64,000 bases of DNA, from positions 915 through 64,914 of the forward strand of contig CAZBAR010000008.1 in assembly GCA_964490165.1 (NCBI GenBank), read 5' to 3'. The first letter of the stretch is position 1, and each line of letters opens with the position of its first letter. The notes under the pieces were generated by a model, which saw only the letters and a program-made list of their open reading frames with translations, had not been told where the DNA came from and did no database searches. The translations under genes and the position numbers were made by a program. The DNA is from an uncultured Lachnospiraceae bacterium. Its GTDB lineage: Bacteria; Bacillota; Clostridia; Oscillospirales; CAG-272. Positions 60,604 through 64,000 of the stretch are shown here, piece by piece.

Positions 60604-61206
60604 ATGGAAAAATGCACAGACACACTGCCGTCGGATTACAGCGAAATATACAGTCTCGATCTGCAAAAGGACAAAAAGACTGCGCTGATAGTTAACGGCG
60701 CTGCCGTCGCCATTATGCTTATTCTGTTTTTTATCGGCAACGCCGTAATGCCTGTTTTCTCTTTGTTTGAGATCGAAGATGAGTTTTACTACCGTATGAC
60801 GTTCATAAAGCTTATCGTTTTATGCGTTTCCATGGTCATATATATGCTTCTGCACGAGCTGGTTCACGGCGTCACCATGAAGCTGTTCGGTGCCAAAAAG
60901 GTAAAGTACGGCTTTACGGGACTTTATGCCTATGCAGGATGCAACGAATACTTTGCAAAAATGCCGTACATAATCATCGCTCTTGCACCTATCGTTATTT
61001 TTGGGGTGGTTCTCTTTATCGTCAACTGCCTTGTCCCTGATGACTGGTTCTGGATAGTATATATCATTCAGATAATGAATGTTTCGGGAGCGGCAGGCGA
61101 TCTGTTTGTGACCTTGAAATTTTCACAGCTTCCCAAGGACATACTTGTAAAAGACGTCGGAGTATCAATGACGGTATATTGCGCCGGCGGCTCTCAAAAG
61201 TCTTGA
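60604..61206 (+). CDS. DUF3267-like membrane protein with HExxH motif (putative zincin peptidase)
   Basis: A polytopic protein with LHELVHGVTMK. ATG 60604 was chosen over the track start at 60535. Confidence 0.6.
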   Translation: MEKCTDTLPSDYSEIYSLDLQKDKKTALIVNGAAVAIMLILFFIGNAVMPVFSLFEIEDEFYYRMTFIKLIVLCVSMVIYMLLHELVHGVTMKLFGAKKVKYGFTGLYAYAGCNEYFAKMPYIIIALAPIVIFGVVLFIVNCLVPDDWFWIVYIIQIMNVSGAAGDLFVTLKFSQLPKDILVKDVGVSMTVYCAGGSQKS

Positions 61207-61268
61207 AAAACGCATAAATCTGTGATATACTCTGAATATACTTTAAGCACGAAAGGTATTTGCTTATT

Positions 61269-62024
61269 ATGAAAAAGATCAACGTAACTGTATGGAACGA
61301 ATACAGACATGAAAAGAGCAATGAAGAGGTCGCAAAGCTCTACCCCAACGGTCTGCACGCCGTTATCGCCGAGGCTATCGGCTGCGACGACTTTGAGATC
61401 CGTCTCGCTGCCCTTGACGACGAGGCGCAGGGTCTGCCCGAAGAGGTACTGAGCACCACTGATGTTCTTGTATGGTGGGGTCATATGGCGCACCATGAGG
61501 TAGACGACGCTCTTGTAGAGAGAATTCGCCAGCGTGTATATCTGTGCGGCATGGGTCTTATCTGCCTGCACTCTGCACACCACTCCAAGGTATTCAAAGC
61601 CGTCGTCGGCACAACCGGAAATCTTACATGGGGCGACAACGTTGAGGAAGTAGTATGGAACATCAATCCCACTCACCCCATTGCGGCAGGCATCCCCTCT
61701 CACTTCAAGCTTGAGGCTGAGGAGATCTACGCCGAGCCCTTCCAGATACCCGATCCCGATGAGATCGTATTCCTGAGCTGGTACAAGACCGGCTACGTTT
61801 TCCGCGGCGGATGCTGCTGGAAGCGCGGCGCGGGCAAGGTATTCTACTTCCAGCCCGGACATGAGACTGTTCCCTCCTATCACAACGGATATGTTCAGCG
61901 CATCATAAAGAACGCCGTATACTGGGCTGCACCCGCAGAAACAGGCTACAAGGTAGCAGACGGCTGTCCCTATCTCGGCGGCGAATTCGTTCCCGACGGA
62001 GAGCTGGACTCGCTGAAGAAGTAA
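61269..62024 (+). CDS. ThuA-like (trehalose utilisation) domain protein
   Basis: MKKINVTVWNEYRHEK...VLVWWGHMAHHEV...FYFQPGHETVPSYHN, ThuA family as I recall it. Confidence 0.72.
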   Translation: MKKINVTVWNEYRHEKSNEEVAKLYPNGLHAVIAEAIGCDDFEIRLAALDDEAQGLPEEVLSTTDVLVWWGHMAHHEVDDALVERIRQRVYLCGMGLICLHSAHHSKVFKAVVGTTGNLTWGDNVEEVVWNINPTHPIAAGIPSHFKLEAEEIYAEPFQIPDPDEIVFLSWYKTGYVFRGGCCWKRGAGKVFYFQPGHETVPSYHNGYVQRIIKNAVYWAAPAETGYKVADGCPYLGGEFVPDGELDSLKK

Positions 62025-62070
62025 TATAATATATAAATGGGGATGCTTTTTAAGCAAAAGCACCCCCATG

Positions 62071-62104
62071 CCCCCGAAAACCTTTTCGGATAAAAGGTTT
62101 TTGA
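62071..62104. repeat. Intergenic repeat, family 2-related AAAACCTTTT/AAAAGGTTTT hairpin (copy J)
   Basis: CCCCCGAAAACCTTTTCGGATAAAAGGTTTTTGA. Confidence 0.6.
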
Positions 62105-62125
62105 TGCAGACATATAGTTTTTACG

Positions 62126-62166
62126 ATATGACCCCCACCGAAAGCGATGGGGGTCATATTTTTTAT
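62126..62166 (+). terminator. Terminator downstream of the ThuA-like gene, at the convergent junction with trkH
   Basis: ATATGACCCCCA-CCGAAAGCGA-TGGGGGTCATAT followed by TTTTTTATT. Confidence 0.78.
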
Positions 62167-62185
62167 TGAAGTTTTCACTCAAACA

Positions 62186-63628
62186 TCATCTCTTTGTCCA
62201 CGTTGACGGTGCAAATGCCAGCAGCAAGGGGAAAAGCTCCAGTCTGCCGAGCAGCATTGCAAAGGACAGTGTAAGCTTTGACAGCACCGAATATCCCGCG
62301 TAGCTTGCGGCAGGGCCTACTGCGCCGAAGCCGGGACCTATATTATTATAGCACGCCGCCACGGCTGAAAAGTTTGTTTCAAAATTGAAGTGATCGACGC
62401 TTATTATCAGGAATATTATAAAAAATCCTACAATATACAATGAAAAATAATTGCTTACGTTATGAAGCGTGGCGCTGTCCAGCTTTTTGCCTTCAAACTT
62501 TACTACATTGATGCTTCTGGGATGAAGCAGAGATTTAAGCTCGTTCTTTACCATTTTTGCAAGGATCACAAGGCGCGATACTTTAAGACCGCCGCCGGTA
62601 GAACCTGCGCTTGCGCCTATAAACATAAGCACCAGCAGCACCGCCTTGGACAGTCCCGGCCACATATCAAAGTCGCAGGTGGAATAACCGGTAGTGGTTA
62701 TAACAGACGACACCTGAAAGGCGGAAAGTCTTACAGATTCCTCAATACTGTCGTACATAGGATAAATATTTACCGCTATTGTAACCACAGCGACAGCTAT
62801 GATAGCAAAATATGTGCGCATTTCCGTGCTTCGGAAAACGGAGCGGAACCTGCGTATAAGCAACAGATAATACAAATTGAAGTTTACGCCGAAAAGCAGC
62901 ATAAACACTGTAATGACCCACTGTATATAGGGCGAGTAGCCGGCAACACTGTCAAGCTTTATGCCAAAGCCGCCCGTACCTGCCGTACCGAAGGTATGAA
63001 CAACGCTGTCGAACAGCGACATACCGCCGCAAAGCAGCATAACAGCCTCAACCACACTCATTACTATATATATCAGGTAAAGAATTTTTGCAGTATCCTT
63101 AACACGGGGTACGAGCTTGCCGACAATAGGTCCGGGCATCTCGGCGCGGATAATATGCATAGAGCGCTCGCTGACGTTAGGCGCTATCGCCATTATAAAA
63201 ACAAGCACGCCCATTCCGCCTATCCAGTGAGTAAAGCTGCGCCAGAACAGCAGTCCGCGGCTCATTTTTTCTACATTATTAAGTATTGACGCGCCTGTGG
63301 TCGTAAAGCCGCTGACAGTTTCAAAAAACGCGTCAACATACGACGGTATCTCTCCGCTGAGCCAAAAAGGCAGCGCACCCAGAGCCGACAATGCAAGCCA
63401 TGTCAGCGCGACTATAACAAAGCCTTCTTTTGCATAAATAACGCGCTTTTGCGTGCGGAAAACAAGCATCATTGCAGCACCCAAAGCCACGCATATACCG
63501 ATAGTTATGCAAAAATCCCAAGCGCAATGCTCGCGGTAGCCCACCGCCACCAAAAGCGGCAAAACAAGCAGGGCTGCACAAAGCAGCAGCATCTGACCGA
63601 GGGTGTGAAAAACCATTCTGCGATTCAT
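62186..63628 (-). CDS. trkH: TrkH-family potassium uptake protein
   Basis: 480-aa polytopic protein with the repeated selectivity-like motifs TTTGAS, GTAGTGG, TTTGYS and SAGSTGGG. Confidence 0.9.
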   Translation of the reverse strand: MNRRMVFHTLGQMLLLCAALLVLPLLVAVGYREHCAWDFCITIGICVALGAAMMLVFRTQKRVIYAKEGFVIVALTWLALSALGALPFWLSGEIPSYVDAFFETVSGFTTTGASILNNVEKMSRGLLFWRSFTHWIGGMGVLVFIMAIAPNVSERSMHIIRAEMPGPIVGKLVPRVKDTAKILYLIYIVMSVVEAVMLLCGGMSLFDSVVHTFGTAGTGGFGIKLDSVAGYSPYIQWVITVFMLLFGVNFNLYYLLLIRRFRSVFRSTEMRTYFAIIAVAVVTIAVNIYPMYDSIEESVRLSAFQVSSVITTTGYSTCDFDMWPGLSKAVLLVLMFIGASAGSTGGGLKVSRLVILAKMVKNELKSLLHPRSINVVKFEGKKLDSATLHNVSNYFSLYIVGFFIIFLIISVDHFNFETNFSAVAACYNNIGPGFGAVGPAASYAGYSVLSKLTLSFAMLLGRLELFPLLLAFAPSTWTKR

Positions 63629-63645
63629 AACAGTGCCACCGCCCC

Positions 63646-64000
63646 TTATTTCATAATGTCAGAGAGGTCGGTCATTCTCGCCTCTGAGCTGAGCACTACA
63701 ACTCTGTCTCCGGGCTGGATCCGGTCGTCACCTGAGGGAATTATTATTTTTCTGCCCCGGATTATTCCCGATATCAGGATGCCGGGCTTAAGCTGCATAT
63801 CCTTGATCGGTATATCAAAATATTTGAAGTCGTTTTGTGTTATAAATTCTATCGCCTCCGCCTTGCCGTCCATAAGCTGATAAAGCGTTTCCACCTTGCT
63901 GCCGAGAGAGTTTCTCAGTGCACGGGCATAGCGGACGAAAATATCCGCGATTATCTTTTTGGGAGAAACGATGCAGTCAAGGTCAAGCTTAGAAGCCATA
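63646..64000 (-). CDS. trkA: TrkA potassium uptake regulator (C-terminal part; 5' end outside the window)
   Basis: The C-terminal RCK_C-like sequence ...GKAEAIEFI...IPSGDDRIQPGDRVVVLSS lies immediately upstream of trkH. The ORF is open to the window edge. Confidence 0.85.
   Translation of the reverse strand, partial: MASKLDLDCIVSPKKIIADIFVRYARALRNSLGSKVETLYQLMDGKAEAIEFITQNDFKYFDIPIKDMQLKPGILISGIIRGRKIIIPSGDDRIQPGDRVVVLSSEARMTDLSDIMK

Overview
This 64-kb window is chromosomal DNA from a moderately GC-rich Gram-positive anaerobe. Gene content points to Clostridia. A secreted protein with a C-terminal dockerin suggests a Ruminococcus/Oscillospiraceae-type organism, but that is inference only. 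Most of the window is core genome. In order: the S10 ribosomal-protein operon (rpsJ to rplN, minus strand); a MarR regulator with a heterodimeric ABC exporter pair; nrdR; pgsA; galK; a ymdB-like gene; an MGS-like gene with a ParA/MinD-like ATPase; a cell-wall amidase; an FNT channel; a dockerin protein; a complete nine-gene V-type ATPase operon (ntpFIKECGABD order); DUF1643 and HAD genes; tadA; an ArsR/HMA/P-type ATPase metal-efflux operon; a YtrA-type GntR regulator with an ABC-2 pair; a ynbB-like gene; sugar-catabolism-like genes; tRNA-Thr; proBAC; a five-tRNA cluster (Val-Asp-Phe-Gly-Cys); rpsO-pnp; PFOR (nifJ); and trkHA. Five things stand out as accessory or unusual. (1) A compact candidate type I toxin-antitoxin module at 56.2-56.56 kb, missed by the >=60-aa ORF track: a 30-aa hydrophobic peptide whose mRNA 5' and 3' ends are complementary, opposed by a convergent ~90-nt antisense RNA, both with near-consensus promoters. 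(2) An AT-rich two-gene type II restriction-modification cassette inserted next to tRNA-Thr. (3) An AT-rich islet holding a frameshifted AbrB-like gene and two overlapping XRE genes. (4) Two families of hairpin-rich intergenic repeats that recur at convergent gene ends, plus a duplicated 44-bp hairpin in the rpsO-pnp spacer. (5) Several coding-level oddities: nine tandem His/Cys3 modules in the amidase, an Arg/Asp repeat tail on S3, a catalytically degenerate MGS paralog, and a probable non-AUG MarR start. I saw no CRISPR array, rRNA, transposase or integrase. All calls come from reading the sequence and ORF translations by eye. No database search was run.
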